64,000 nt of DNA from Minisyncoccota bacterium (lineage in GTDB: Bacteria > Patescibacteriota > Minisyncoccia > Phycocordibacterales > UBA2100): contig JALHPE010000002.1 in NCBI GenBank assembly GCA_022842645.1, positions 1,322-65,321 of the forward strand, written 5' to 3'. The number at the start of each line of letters is the position of its first letter. Within the stretch, counting starts at the first letter, position 1. Position numbers and translations under genes: made by a program. This document shows positions 18,368-27,436 of this stretch, piece after piece. Below the pieces are notes generated by a model. That model was not told the origin of the DNA. It saw nothing but the letters and a program-made list of their open reading frames with translations, and ran no database searches.

Positions 18368-19024
18368 ATGGATATTTATCACGTCCTCAATCGAGGTGTC
18401 GACAAGCGAACCATTTTTGATACACAAGCTGATCATGCACGCTTCATACACGACCTCTATGAATTCAACGATACCGCTCCGGCACCTGACGCGTATCGCC
18501 GCCCAATGTGGGACTTCGTAAGTCCCACATTGCGAGAAGAAAGGAAGATGTTGGTGGATATTCATGGGTGGTGTCTTATGAAGAATCATTACCACCTTTT
18601 ACTTTCTGAAAAACGAGAGGGTGGGCTAACGCTTTTTGTGCGCAAGCTGAATATTGGGTATTCAAAATACTATAACGACATACACAAGAGAACTGGAACC
18701 CTATTTCAAGGGAGGACGAAAAAAATACTCATTCATCAAGACGCACATTTTCTTCATATTTTACATTACATACATCTGAATCCTCTTGATTTCCTCGCGG
18801 ATACAAAAGAGTGGAGAAACGGACAGATTGCGTCGAAAGCAAAAGCACTCGATTTTCTATCGCAGTATCGGTGGAGTAGTTTGCACGACTATCAAGGGAA
18901 GAGAAATTTCCCCTCTATTCTTACCAAACACTTCTTCGAAGGCGCCTACGGTGGCGTTGCTCGACAACTACTGTCTCGCCTTGATGATATGGATTTGATA
19001 GGCATTGGGGAGCGTCTTGAATGA
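18368..19024 (+). CDS. REP-associated tyrosine transposase (IS200/IS605 TnpA-like, Y1 HuH)
   Basis: YHVLNRGVDKRTIF N-terminal motif and HuH motif NHYHLLL. Confidence 0.65.
   Translation: MDIYHVLNRGVDKRTIFDTQADHARFIHDLYEFNDTAPAPDAYRRPMWDFVSPTLREERKMLVDIHGWCLMKNHYHLLLSEKREGGLTLFVRKLNIGYSKYYNDIHKRTGTLFQGRTKKILIHQDAHFLHILHYIHLNPLDFLADTKEWRNGQIASKAKALDFLSQYRWSSLHDYQGKRNFPSILTKHFFEGAYGGVARQLLSRLDDMDLIGIGERLE
18506..18530. repeat. REP palindrome copy inside the RAYT coding sequence (encodes MWDFVSPT)
   Basis: Identical 25-mer. Confidence 0.8.
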
Positions 19025-19048
19025 TGTGGGACTTACGAAGTCCCACAT
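19024..19048. repeat. REP palindrome copy (loop inverted: ACTTACGAAGT) overlapping the RAYT stop codon
   Basis: ATGTGGGACTTACGAAGTCCCACAT. Confidence 0.8.
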
Positions 19049-19081
19049 GGAAAGGTTTTCAATGGTTGGAGCGGGAGACTT

Positions 19082-21703
19082 TTAGTTGTGTGCAAACGAG
19101 CGAAACACCCATTTTGTCGTCTCAACAAGAAGAATATTGAGGACGAGCCATGCGATGACGAGTGCGAAGAGCGGGAGCGTGAGCGGCGCGAGCGCGAATA
19201 TCTCTCGCATAAAGGGAGTGAGTATCGTGACTGCAATCAGTGTTATTCCGAACATGACGCTCCAGTTGAGTGTCGTGTTCTCAAATAACGGCATTCTGAA
19301 CATGCTCGTGTGAAGTGATCGGAATGAATAGGCAACAACAAGACCGTAGAGTGCAAAGCACACAAAGACAGTGCTCTTTGCTTGTTCCGTTGCAATGCCT
19401 GTATGGAGCAGGAACCAGTACATACTAAAAAGGAGGAGAGACGAGAAGGCGCCGATACCGAGTGTGAGTGTTTTGACTTCAATTGTAAGAATTTCGGCCC
19501 CACGACCACGTGCGTGTTTCGCATATTCTTTTTCAAACGCAAAAGAAAGTGCCGGAAGGCTACCGGTGAAGAAATTGACCCAAATAATTTGAAGTGCAGA
19601 AATAGGGAGCGGAAGCCCAGCCAGCAGTGCTCCGCCAATAAGAAAGACGGCATCAAGGCAGGTGGAGGTAAGATAGACGAACACTTTGCGAATATTCTCA
19701 AGAATACGACGACCTTCTTCTATGGCATGTACCATCGTCGAGAAACTGTCATTTAGAAGTATGAGATCGGCTACACCTTTTGCAACGTCAGTGCCCGAGC
19801 CGAGCGCGACACCGATATTCACCGCTTTGAGCGACGGTGCGTCGTTCACACCATCACCCGTCATGGCCACAATCTCGCCTCGTTTTTGGTAGAGTCGTCC
19901 GATACGCAATTTATCTTCAGGTGTCACGCGTGCAAAGATGCGAATATCATCAAGTTTTGCGTTGAGTGCCTCATCGGGAAGGCCGCGGAGTTCTTCGCCG
20001 GTGAGAACCGAACCCTCATCAACATCCCACCCAAGTTCATGGGCTATCGAAAGTGCGGTGCCTTTCAAATCTCCCGTAAGCATGACGACGCGTGCCCCGA
20101 GATGCTCGATTTTTTGAATAGATTCTGCAGCGTCTTTTCGAAGAGGATCTTGGAACACAAGGATGCCGAGAAAGAGAAGGTCTGCAGCATGTTCTGCGCG
20201 GGCAGCACCTTTTTTCAGATGCTGCGAACGTTCGCTCGGCACGCGTGCCACACCCAAAAGCCGCTTTCCCTCGGCGCTGAGACGATTCACCTCTGATTCC
20301 ATTGCGAGAAAGTCTTCTTTCGTGAGTCGTGAACGGGCGAGGAGAATATCTGGCGCACCGACAACGACATAAAGTTCTTTTTCATGATTGCCGGAAATTG
20401 AAAATTTATTGGTCGAATTAAATGTCAGGAGAGAACTGCGCGTTTTGCTGGTTTCAGGGACATCAATACCATGTGTGTGAGCCGCGCGCGCAATCGCAGC
20501 CTCTATCGGCTTTCCGCTAAAACGCCACTCATGCTTCGGTGCCTCAGGGTTCTCCAAGAGCACGTCAGCACCCCAAAGCGCATCCGAAAGAATCTCTTTC
20601 TCTGCGGGAGCGAGATGTGTGATTGCTTCGCGCGGCGGTGGGATGGTGATGAGCTCTGTGGCGGTGCGCACATCAACGAGACGCATATTCGCCTCAGTGA
20701 GTGTGCCCGTTTTGTCCGTCATAATGACAGTTGCACTTCCCAGTGTTTCCGCCGCGGCAAGTTTTCGTATGATGCCGCGTTTTCCGGCAAGCCGTTGCAC
20801 ACCGACGGCAAGAATCACCGTGAGCGCGATCGGCAGTGCCTCGGGCACTGCGCCCACAGAAATTGCCGCCGCCATAAGAAGCATCTCGAAGAAGGGAATG
20901 CCGCGTGAGAGGCCGAGGAAGAAAATAATGGTAACCAAGAAGGTAATACCAATGAAGATAAACCACCCCAAGCGTGCAAGTGCTTTTTGAAGCGGGGTTG
21001 GCTCGTGTTCCGTTTCAGAAACAAGCCGCGCAATTTTTCCGATTTCTGTGGCAGTGCCGGTTGTGGTAACGACCGCAAGTGCCGTGCCTTCAATCACCAG
21101 CGTCCCGGCGTGTACCATGTTGACGCGCTCAGGGAGTTCCGCGCCCTCGGAGAGGACATCCACACTCTTACGCACCGCGAGTGATTCGCCCGTAAGCACC
21201 GATTCATCAATCGAGAGTTCATTTACCTCAATAAGGCGTGCGTCGGCAGGAATGCGCGCGCCGTAGGAAAGGCGAATCACGTCTCCCGGGACGATTAGCA
21301 GAGAATCTATTTCTTGCTCAACATCATTTCGAATAACTCGCGTCCGCTCCTTTACGTAGGTTGTGAGTTTTTCGAGCGTCGTCTCTGCGCGATATTCCTG
21401 AAAGAAACCCAGTCCTGCGTTCACAAATATTGCAAGGAGAATCACTGCTGTGTCGATCCATTCTTGGAGAAAAATAGTGAGAACGGAGGCGCCGACGAGT
21501 ATGAAAATAAGTGGGGAATAGAATTGCCGCCCCAGAATCCCCAGCACGGTAAAACGCCGCGCGCGGGGTAGTGTATTTCCGCCAAACTGTTTGAGTCGTG
21601 CCTCTGCTTCCGCCTCGTGAAGGCCCTCGCGACGCGATTGCAAGCGCTCCAGTGCCACCTCCGCCGAAAGCGACCACGCAAAGAACTGTTTCTCCTCGTG
21701 CAT
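19082..21703 (-). CDS. Cation-transporting P-type ATPase (type II, Ca2+/Mg2+-like)
   Basis: DKTGTLT phosphorylation site, MTGDGVNDAPSLK hinge and PEALP transport-site motif, 873 aa. Confidence 0.85.
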   Translation of the reverse strand: MHEEKQFFAWSLSAEVALERLQSRREGLHEAEAEARLKQFGGNTLPRARRFTVLGILGRQFYSPLIFILVGASVLTIFLQEWIDTAVILLAIFVNAGLGFFQEYRAETTLEKLTTYVKERTRVIRNDVEQEIDSLLIVPGDVIRLSYGARIPADARLIEVNELSIDESVLTGESLAVRKSVDVLSEGAELPERVNMVHAGTLVIEGTALAVVTTTGTATEIGKIARLVSETEHEPTPLQKALARLGWFIFIGITFLVTIIFFLGLSRGIPFFEMLLMAAAISVGAVPEALPIALTVILAVGVQRLAGKRGIIRKLAAAETLGSATVIMTDKTGTLTEANMRLVDVRTATELITIPPPREAITHLAPAEKEILSDALWGADVLLENPEAPKHEWRFSGKPIEAAIARAAHTHGIDVPETSKTRSSLLTFNSTNKFSISGNHEKELYVVVGAPDILLARSRLTKEDFLAMESEVNRLSAEGKRLLGVARVPSERSQHLKKGAARAEHAADLLFLGILVFQDPLRKDAAESIQKIEHLGARVVMLTGDLKGTALSIAHELGWDVDEGSVLTGEELRGLPDEALNAKLDDIRIFARVTPEDKLRIGRLYQKRGEIVAMTGDGVNDAPSLKAVNIGVALGSGTDVAKGVADLILLNDSFSTMVHAIEEGRRILENIRKVFVYLTSTCLDAVFLIGGALLAGLPLPISALQIIWVNFFTGSLPALSFAFEKEYAKHARGRGAEILTIEVKTLTLGIGAFSSLLLFSMYWFLLHTGIATEQAKSTVFVCFALYGLVVAYSFRSLHTSMFRMPLFENTTLNWSVMFGITLIAVTILTPFMREIFALAPLTLPLFALVIAWLVLNILLVETTKWVFRSFAHN

Positions 21704-21839
21704 TCACTCTATTATTGCACGCCCTTCTGCCACCTGCGCTCTATAGTGAAAGAATTGCGCAGAAAGCTAAAAAAGTGTATGACTGTAAGCAAGCACTCCC
21801 GTGAGTGCGTGTTCAATACAGACAAAATAGGAGGGTATC

Positions 21840-22379
21840 TTGAGAATACGTATTCTTGTGTGTCTTACAGCGTGGCTTTTCAGCTGGGGATACGCACAGG
21901 CATATGAACGTTGCGCGCTCGGTATCGATGTGCCGCGTGCGATCCACATCCCCGGAATAATCGTGCTGGTGCTTCGTGACCCCCAATGTTTTGGGGTGTA
22001 TGAAAACGGCACATTATCCACTCGTCGTTTTGACCGACCTCTCTATGGCTGGGTCTCTACGGGTGGGGAAGGACATGACACTCCAATCACCGATCCATCT
22101 CTTGGCGCACATCGGATTCACTTCGCGTCGGAGCATCACTTCTCAACACAGTTTTCTATGGTCGTGAATGGACGTGAAGAACCGGCCTACATGCCACAAG
22201 CGCTCTTCTTTAACAAAGGAATCGCATTGCATACAGGCAGAGTTACCACGCCTTTTGCGTCGCATGGCTGTGTTCGGTTGCCCAAAGCAGCTGCACACGC
22301 GCTCTTTTACAACTTTCCTCACGATGAAATACAAGTCATCGTGGCGGAAGACAAAGAGAGCTTCAAAGAACAGTGGTGA
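21840..22379 (+). CDS. L,D-transpeptidase (YkuD) catalytic-domain protein, secreted
   Basis: Signal peptide and SHGCVRL catalytic motif. Confidence 0.65.
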   Translation: MRIRILVCLTAWLFSWGYAQAYERCALGIDVPRAIHIPGIIVLVLRDPQCFGVYENGTLSTRRFDRPLYGWVSTGGEGHDTPITDPSLGAHRIHFASEHHFSTQFSMVVNGREEPAYMPQALFFNKGIALHTGRVTTPFASHGCVRLPKAAAHALFYNFPHDEIQVIVAEDKESFKEQW

Positions 22380-22397
22380 ATCTGTTCATTAAGAAAC

Positions 22398-22435
22398 ATT
22401 CAGGCGTCTCGCAATCGAGACGCCTGAATCTTTTT
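22398..22435 (+). terminator. Rho-independent terminator
   Basis: ATTCAGGCGTCTCG-caa-TCGAGACGCCTGAAT followed by TTTTTAT. Confidence 0.6.
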
Positions 22436-22550
22436 ATATAAAGTTGTAAGCTTGCTATTTTGTCAAAAATATGGTAGTAATCGCGCGGGTTATACCTCAG
22501 GCGATACTCGTCGCTTGACAGCTTGGCTTAAAAACGAAAGGAATTGAGCC

Positions 22551-23402
22551 ATGAAAAGTACGTTGACTATTGCAGTGGCGTTCGCGCTACTGGGTCTGTT
22601 TGCGCCGGAGACGGCGCTCGCAGGGAAGAAAAAGAAAACCGCCGAATGCCACGGCGATATAGCCTGCGCTCAAGGGGTTGGCTATCTGCGGCAATCGAAC
22701 GGACGCCTTGCTTCACGTTCGGGAAAGGGTGGCGCGTCCAGCAGTGTTGGGTGGAGCTGTCGTTTTAAAAAAGACGGCTACGATGAGTATCGTCGTGTTC
22801 AGAATAAATCCAGCCGTAAGAGTGCGGATACATTTCTCGGCACAGCCACTACTAATTTTCTTGTGTCGGCGTTTTCTGCATCGGTGAGTGGAAATCCGAT
22901 TGGTCTCGTGGTTGGTCTCGTGAATTCCGGCATGCAATACGAGAATCTCACAACCCAGCAGAAGATCGCATGTGAGAAACTTGAATTGGAAATCACAAAC
23001 AAAAAGAAGCAGATGGTTGCGATTGCTGAAATCGGGAAAAAGATGAGCGGACAAATTCAGCAAGTTGCGCTGAATCTAAAAAATCAGATTGCCGATCAAA
23101 AAGACCCCATAGCACAAGAAGCGGCACAAAAGGCGTATCAGTTGATGAAGGAGGATTTTAAGAATGCGGGGTTCGACATCGATAAAATGATTGAAGAAAA
23201 CTCTGTCCCCCCTTCTCCTCAAGCAAAGCCAGAAGAAAAGCCGGCGACACCTAAGGAGGTTCCTGTGGCACCACAGGCGCCAGAAGTTCCTTCGGTGAGC
23301 GCACCCGTTCCAAAATTGGTTGTGCCGCCGCCGGAAGCGGTACCACCAAGAGCCAAAATCCTCAATCCAAGTACTCCTCTACAAAGTGCAGCGAAGAACT
23401 GA
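22551..23402 (+). CDS. Secreted protein with coiled-coil middle and Pro-rich C-terminus
   Basis: Signal peptide MKSTLTIAVAFALLGLFAPETALA and PxxP-rich tail. Confidence 0.5.
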   Translation: MKSTLTIAVAFALLGLFAPETALAGKKKKTAECHGDIACAQGVGYLRQSNGRLASRSGKGGASSSVGWSCRFKKDGYDEYRRVQNKSSRKSADTFLGTATTNFLVSAFSASVSGNPIGLVVGLVNSGMQYENLTTQQKIACEKLELEITNKKKQMVAIAEIGKKMSGQIQQVALNLKNQIADQKDPIAQEAAQKAYQLMKEDFKNAGFDIDKMIEENSVPPSPQAKPEEKPATPKEVPVAPQAPEVPSVSAPVPKLVVPPPEAVPPRAKILNPSTPLQSAAKN

Positions 23403-23589
23403 GGATTCAAGGGGGTAACGTTTTGTGAATAGTCTGTGCCTCGCGGCCTAAAAACCGCGGGGCACATTTCTTGCATATATGCAAAAAATGTGGTAATGAA
23501 TGTGTCCTCGAACCCGAGTGCTGTCCTGGGCATACATATGTGCCTGGGCTTGCCCTCAGGGCATGATCTCTGACAAGAAAGGAAATACG

Positions 23590-24780
23590 ATGAAATATGG
23601 GCTCGTCGTTACAGCTCTTCTGCTGTCATCATCGGCGTTTGCGCAAGATGCGCCTGCGCCTGATGTCGCACCGCCAGCACCTGCGGCCATGCCGGAGGTT
23701 GCAATGCCCCCACCGGACATTGCTCCTCCCATGGAAATGCCGCCGATGGACGTGAGTCCGCCGGTTCCCGATATCGCTGCAAGCATGCCTACGCTCGACA
23801 GCGCGCCTCTCGCGATCGAAGTACCTGAAGCGCCGGCGGCAGCACCCTCTATGCCGGACATCCCGACACTAGATGTTGCCTCACCTCCGGCTTTGGAGAT
23901 GCCCTCTCCAGAACCGCAGATCGCGGCTCCGGCTCTTGATGCACCTCCGCTCGACGTGGGGCTCAAGACATTCTCGCCGGAACATTCTGGCGACCATGGT
24001 GACCATGGTAACGGTGGCGACAACGGCGGAACGCCTGAGTTGCCGTCGGTGGATCTTTCCATCGATACGACTGCAATCGGCAAAGGTGGAGACGCCTATG
24101 CCGAAGGTGGGGATGCTCATGCAGTCCTCAAGGATGTGACTGTGAAGCCGGTACAAGAGACGACAGTCTTGAATAATCCGGAAAACAAGAACATCAATCA
24201 CAACGAAGACAAGAACATCAATAACGTCCACATCGACGACAAGGACGTCACGAAAGTCGAGATCGGCGGCGACAAGACGAAAGTCGAAGTCGGCGGCGAC
24301 ACAACGCATGTCAACACGAAGACGGATGTCGATGTGAAGACCGGCGATGTGAAAACGGGTGATGTGACGGTCGGCGATGTAAAGGTTGGCAACGTGACGC
24401 AACACCAAACGGTGAATCTGCAACAAGCGTCAGGCCAGCGGCAGGAATCAAATGTCTTCCAGAGCATTGCTCCACTTCTCGCAATTGCGCTGATGAATCG
24501 TGGAGGCGATCGTGATGGTCATCGTCGCGACCGCGAAAAGTCCACGCAGCAGACCGACTACTGCCTGCTGAAAGACGGAAGGAGGTATCCGATTAATCAC
24601 AAGTTCTGTGAGCGGCCGGCTCCTCAAAAGCATGCGCGGTCTGTGCCGCGTCGTGTCTCAAAGGATGAGGTGCCACTCACCGGGCCTATTGGTGCTCCTA
24701 AGAAGAAGTCTGTGCCTGAAAATAAATGCAAAGAAGGCGAGGGCTTTGCTGATGGTCACTGCTACAGCACAGGGCCATGA
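23590..24780 (+). CDS. Secreted low-complexity repeat protein (Pro/Ala-rich then GD-V/K-T repeats)
   Basis: Signal peptide MKYGLVVTALLLSSSAFA, and repeated VEIGGDKTKVEVGGD / KTGDVKTGDVTVGDVKVGNV units. Start moved from 23500. Confidence 0.5.
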   Translation: MKYGLVVTALLLSSSAFAQDAPAPDVAPPAPAAMPEVAMPPPDIAPPMEMPPMDVSPPVPDIAASMPTLDSAPLAIEVPEAPAAAPSMPDIPTLDVASPPALEMPSPEPQIAAPALDAPPLDVGLKTFSPEHSGDHGDHGNGGDNGGTPELPSVDLSIDTTAIGKGGDAYAEGGDAHAVLKDVTVKPVQETTVLNNPENKNINHNEDKNINNVHIDDKDVTKVEIGGDKTKVEVGGDTTHVNTKTDVDVKTGDVKTGDVTVGDVKVGNVTQHQTVNLQQASGQRQESNVFQSIAPLLAIALMNRGGDRDGHRRDREKSTQQTDYCLLKDGRRYPINHKFCERPAPQKHARSVPRRVSKDEVPLTGPIGAPKKKSVPENKCKEGEGFADGHCYSTGP

Positions 24781-24880
24781 AGTCACGCACGACTGATCTT
24801 TCAACCCCCGCGGCCAAGCAAATGGTCGCGGGGGATTTTTAATTGACAAATGTATGTAAATGGTGTAGAAAGCAGGTCTT

Positions 24881-25333
24881 ATGAAAACAGCACTACTTGC
24901 GGCGGTTGTATTGATTATGAGCCCTGTGGCAGCACAGGCGGCGGTTAACTATGGCGCTTGGTACTATACCCCTGCACCCTATAACCAGCCCTACTATCAG
25001 CCCATGAGCGCCTATGCCTACGCGCCATCGCAAAATACGACCATCTACCAGCCGAACTATGCCTACCAGCCCTCATATCAGTCGATGAGCTATCCACAGC
25101 AGTATGGCTACGACGGCTACCAAGGTTACAGCCATTACCCACAAAATTATGGTTACGGTGGATATGGGCACTACACCCAACCATCCCCAATTCACCCAGG
25201 ATACGGAACAGGAGAAACCATGCCATGGCTCGGAGGCGAGCTCTGCACCTTCCCCGGTTACGATGGGCGCGCCATCTGCGGCTCGAACCCTCGTCAATAC
25301 ATCTACGATCATTGGACCGGCACCTGGTACTAA
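24881..25333 (+). CDS. Secreted Tyr/Gln/Pro-rich low-complexity protein
   Basis: Signal peptide and YxQP / GY repeats. Confidence 0.5.
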   Translation: MKTALLAAVVLIMSPVAAQAAVNYGAWYYTPAPYNQPYYQPMSAYAYAPSQNTTIYQPNYAYQPSYQSMSYPQQYGYDGYQGYSHYPQNYGYGGYGHYTQPSPIHPGYGTGETMPWLGGELCTFPGYDGRAICGSNPRQYIYDHWTGTWY

Positions 25334-25353
25334 ATACACTGTGCATGCGATTC

Positions 25354-25381
25354 AGCGGCCGCCCCGTGGGGGCGGCCGCTC
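25354..25381 (+). terminator. GC-rich hairpin (weak terminator, no T-run)
   Basis: GCGGCCGCCCC-gtgg-GGGCGGCCGC. Confidence 0.35.
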
Positions 25382-25416
25382 CGCACGAGGAGAGAACGCC
25401 GTGCTAGCATAGTGCG

Positions 25417-25656
25417 ATGCCCGAGGGGACAGAAGAACAGCGTACGCATATTATCGCGCACCTAGAACGTCTCAACACAAATGTTGAGAAGCAAATGTCG
25501 ATTTCATACGGACTGCGAAACGGTGTCATCTACGGTCTCGGCTTTGTGATTGGTTCGACGGTACTCTCTGCGTTTATCGTGACTCTTGTACTCCAATTTT
25601 TTAACGATACATTGTTTGGAGACGTGGTGCATTGGATCGTGCGCACACTTCGGTAA
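25417..25656 (+). CDS. Small membrane protein
   Basis: One or two TM helices. Its stop is followed immediately by the next ATG. Confidence 0.35.
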   Translation: MPEGTEEQRTHIIAHLERLNTNVEKQMSISYGLRNGVIYGLGFVIGSTVLSAFIVTLVLQFFNDTLFGDVVHWIVRTLR

Positions 25657-25658
25657 CC

Positions 25659-26228
25659 ATGCTGACACGACATTTTCTACACTCATTGCTGATCGAGTTT
25701 GGTCCGATCACACTTTTCTTTTTGATTGCTGAATGGAGGGGATTTTTTGCAGGAACGATAGGACTGATTATAGCCACTATACTCGCGGTTGTTGCATCAT
25801 ATCTGCGTGACAGACGCTTGCCGCTCTTTTCGCTACTCTCAAGCCTCTTCGTACTCATCTTTGGTGGTCTCACACTTTATTTCTGGGAACCACGCTGGTT
25901 AGTGCTTGAATACACGCTCTACAACGGCATTGCTGGGCTTGCACTCCTCGCCGGTCTCTTTTGGGGAAAAGCATTTCTAAAGCCACTTTTTGAAACGATG
26001 TTTGCGATCACTGAGCGTGGGTGGCGCATTCTTTCGTTCCGGTGGGCCCTATTTTTCCTTGCAACCGCACTGGGTAACGAGATTGTGTGGGGCGTCTATG
26101 GTGAGCCAGGGTGGATTATCTATCGATTCGCCGCAGCACTTGTGCTCTGTATGTTCGGTTTCTCTCAATTTCCCATTGCGCGACAAGAACGACTCCCTGA
26201 GGCGAGTCCGTGGGGACTCCGCATGTAG
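25659..26228 (+). CDS. Intracellular septation protein A family (YciB/IspZ-like) membrane protein
   Basis: FGGLTLYFW matches the YciB FGGLTLFF motif. About 5 TM helices. Confidence 0.5.
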   Translation: MLTRHFLHSLLIEFGPITLFFLIAEWRGFFAGTIGLIIATILAVVASYLRDRRLPLFSLLSSLFVLIFGGLTLYFWEPRWLVLEYTLYNGIAGLALLAGLFWGKAFLKPLFETMFAITERGWRILSFRWALFFLATALGNEIVWGVYGEPGWIIYRFAAALVLCMFGFSQFPIARQERLPEASPWGLRM

Positions 26229-26281
26229 AACATACGCCGCCCGGGGAGGGCGGCGTATGTTTGTGCACACAAGAGAGAGGG

Positions 26282-27349
26282 CTAGTTCGTCGTTACGAAT
26301 GACGAATTTGAACTCGTCGCAGTATTTCCTGCCGCGTCCTTCGATTCAACCACCACATAATAGGTTGTGGAAGGAGAAAGGCCGGGGAGCGAGAGTGAGT
26401 GCGCAAGCACAAGTGCCGAGTTAAACACGCTTGCTGTTGGGCTCGTGAGCGTAAGCGGTGTTGACGTGCCGTACCACACGCGGCTCGAAGAGTTTTCATT
26501 TGTCGTCCAGCTCACCTGTGCGGTGGTGGAAGCCGGAGTAATCGAGAGCGCAGAAATCGTCGGCTTTGTGGTGTCGGTTGGAGGTGTTGTTGTCGCACCG
26601 CTACCAGGGCACACGCCAACGCTATCCCCGTGCGCAAGGTGCGCGCCGAGAGCCGGAACCGCGATCACGAGCGTTTGAGGGCTCGAGCCTGCTGGTTTAT
26701 GGCAAAGTGTGACGAAGCCTTGTCCAGGTGTTGTGGAGCTTGTTTCAAGTCCAAGACGCTTAATGATGCCGGGTGGAAGCGGTTTCCCGACGAAAAGCGC
26801 GAGAATCTTTGCCTGAGTCTTTGGTCCAAAGACACCAATCGCTTCAATGCCGTGCTTTTTCTGAAACTTACGAAGCGCCTCTTCCGTAACCGGGCCGAAG
26901 AATCCGGTGACGTTTGAAGAATCGAGAATCGACGGATCTTGCGCGAGGAGTTCTTGAAGATCCCGCACATCGTCGCCCTTCATGCCGCGTGCGAGCGATC
27001 GGAGGAATTTAATCTCATTCTTCGTCTGCTTTATCTCGCTTTTCAGAGCGTCGCGTGCCGCTTTATTTGAATCGTTCGAATCGTCGTCTGAGTTATCATC
27101 AGAATCATCATCAAGTGCCTCACGCTGCGCCTTGAGACTCTTAAGCATTTCCTGGAGGCTCTGAATCTGCGCCTGAAGCGTCCCGGTAGTGGTGCCGAGC
27201 ATGGTAAAGGGGACGGCAAATGCTTTTTCATCCTCCTTTTTTCCTTTTCTCTTACCTTTTCCCGAATCGTCATTGTCTGCAAACGCAAACGGTGCTGCCA
27301 TAAGAGCGAGCACAAGCGCCGCCCCGATACTAATGCGAAGTGAATACAT
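26282..27349 (-). CDS. Secreted protein with peptidoglycan-binding (PG_binding_1-like) domain and C-terminal fibronectin type III-like domain
   Basis: GDDVRDLQELLAQ...GFFGPVTEEALRKFQKKHGIE, and a C-terminal SWTTNE...YYVVVESKDAAGN beta-sandwich pattern. Confidence 0.5.
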   Translation of the reverse strand: MYSLRISIGAALVLALMAAPFAFADNDDSGKGKRKGKKEDEKAFAVPFTMLGTTTGTLQAQIQSLQEMLKSLKAQREALDDDSDDNSDDDSNDSNKAARDALKSEIKQTKNEIKFLRSLARGMKGDDVRDLQELLAQDPSILDSSNVTGFFGPVTEEALRKFQKKHGIEAIGVFGPKTQAKILALFVGKPLPPGIIKRLGLETSSTTPGQGFVTLCHKPAGSSPQTLVIAVPALGAHLAHGDSVGVCPGSGATTTPPTDTTKPTISALSITPASTTAQVSWTTNENSSSRVWYGTSTPLTLTSPTASVFNSALVLAHSLSLPGLSPSTTYYVVVESKDAAGNTATSSNSSFVTTN

Positions 27350-27436
27350 ATATAAAGAGTTAACTACTACTGGTAACAGGGGAATTATACCCCTGCTATC
27401 CTAGACGCCGGGCACATTGTTTCCTTACCAGCTATT

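Larger units (their letters stand above)
18325..19048 (+). mobile_element. REP-RAYT unit: tyrosine (HuH/Y1) transposase gene bounded by palindromic REP copies
   Basis: REP copies sit at 18325-18349 (16 nt before the ATG), 18506-18530 (inside the CDS) and 19024-19048 (overlapping the stop). Confidence 0.6.

Noticed and set aside
18325-19048. Three identical palindromes as a possible mini-CRISPR array
   Set aside because: The repeats are perfect palindromes typical of REP elements. Spacing is irregular (about 156 and 493 bp), there are only three copies, one is inside a transposase ORF, and no cas genes are present.
23500-23589. N-terminal 30 codons of the 426-aa ORF
   Set aside because: A canonical signal peptide begins at the internal MKYGLVV (23590). 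The upstream extension is Cys/Trp-rich and lacks an RBS.
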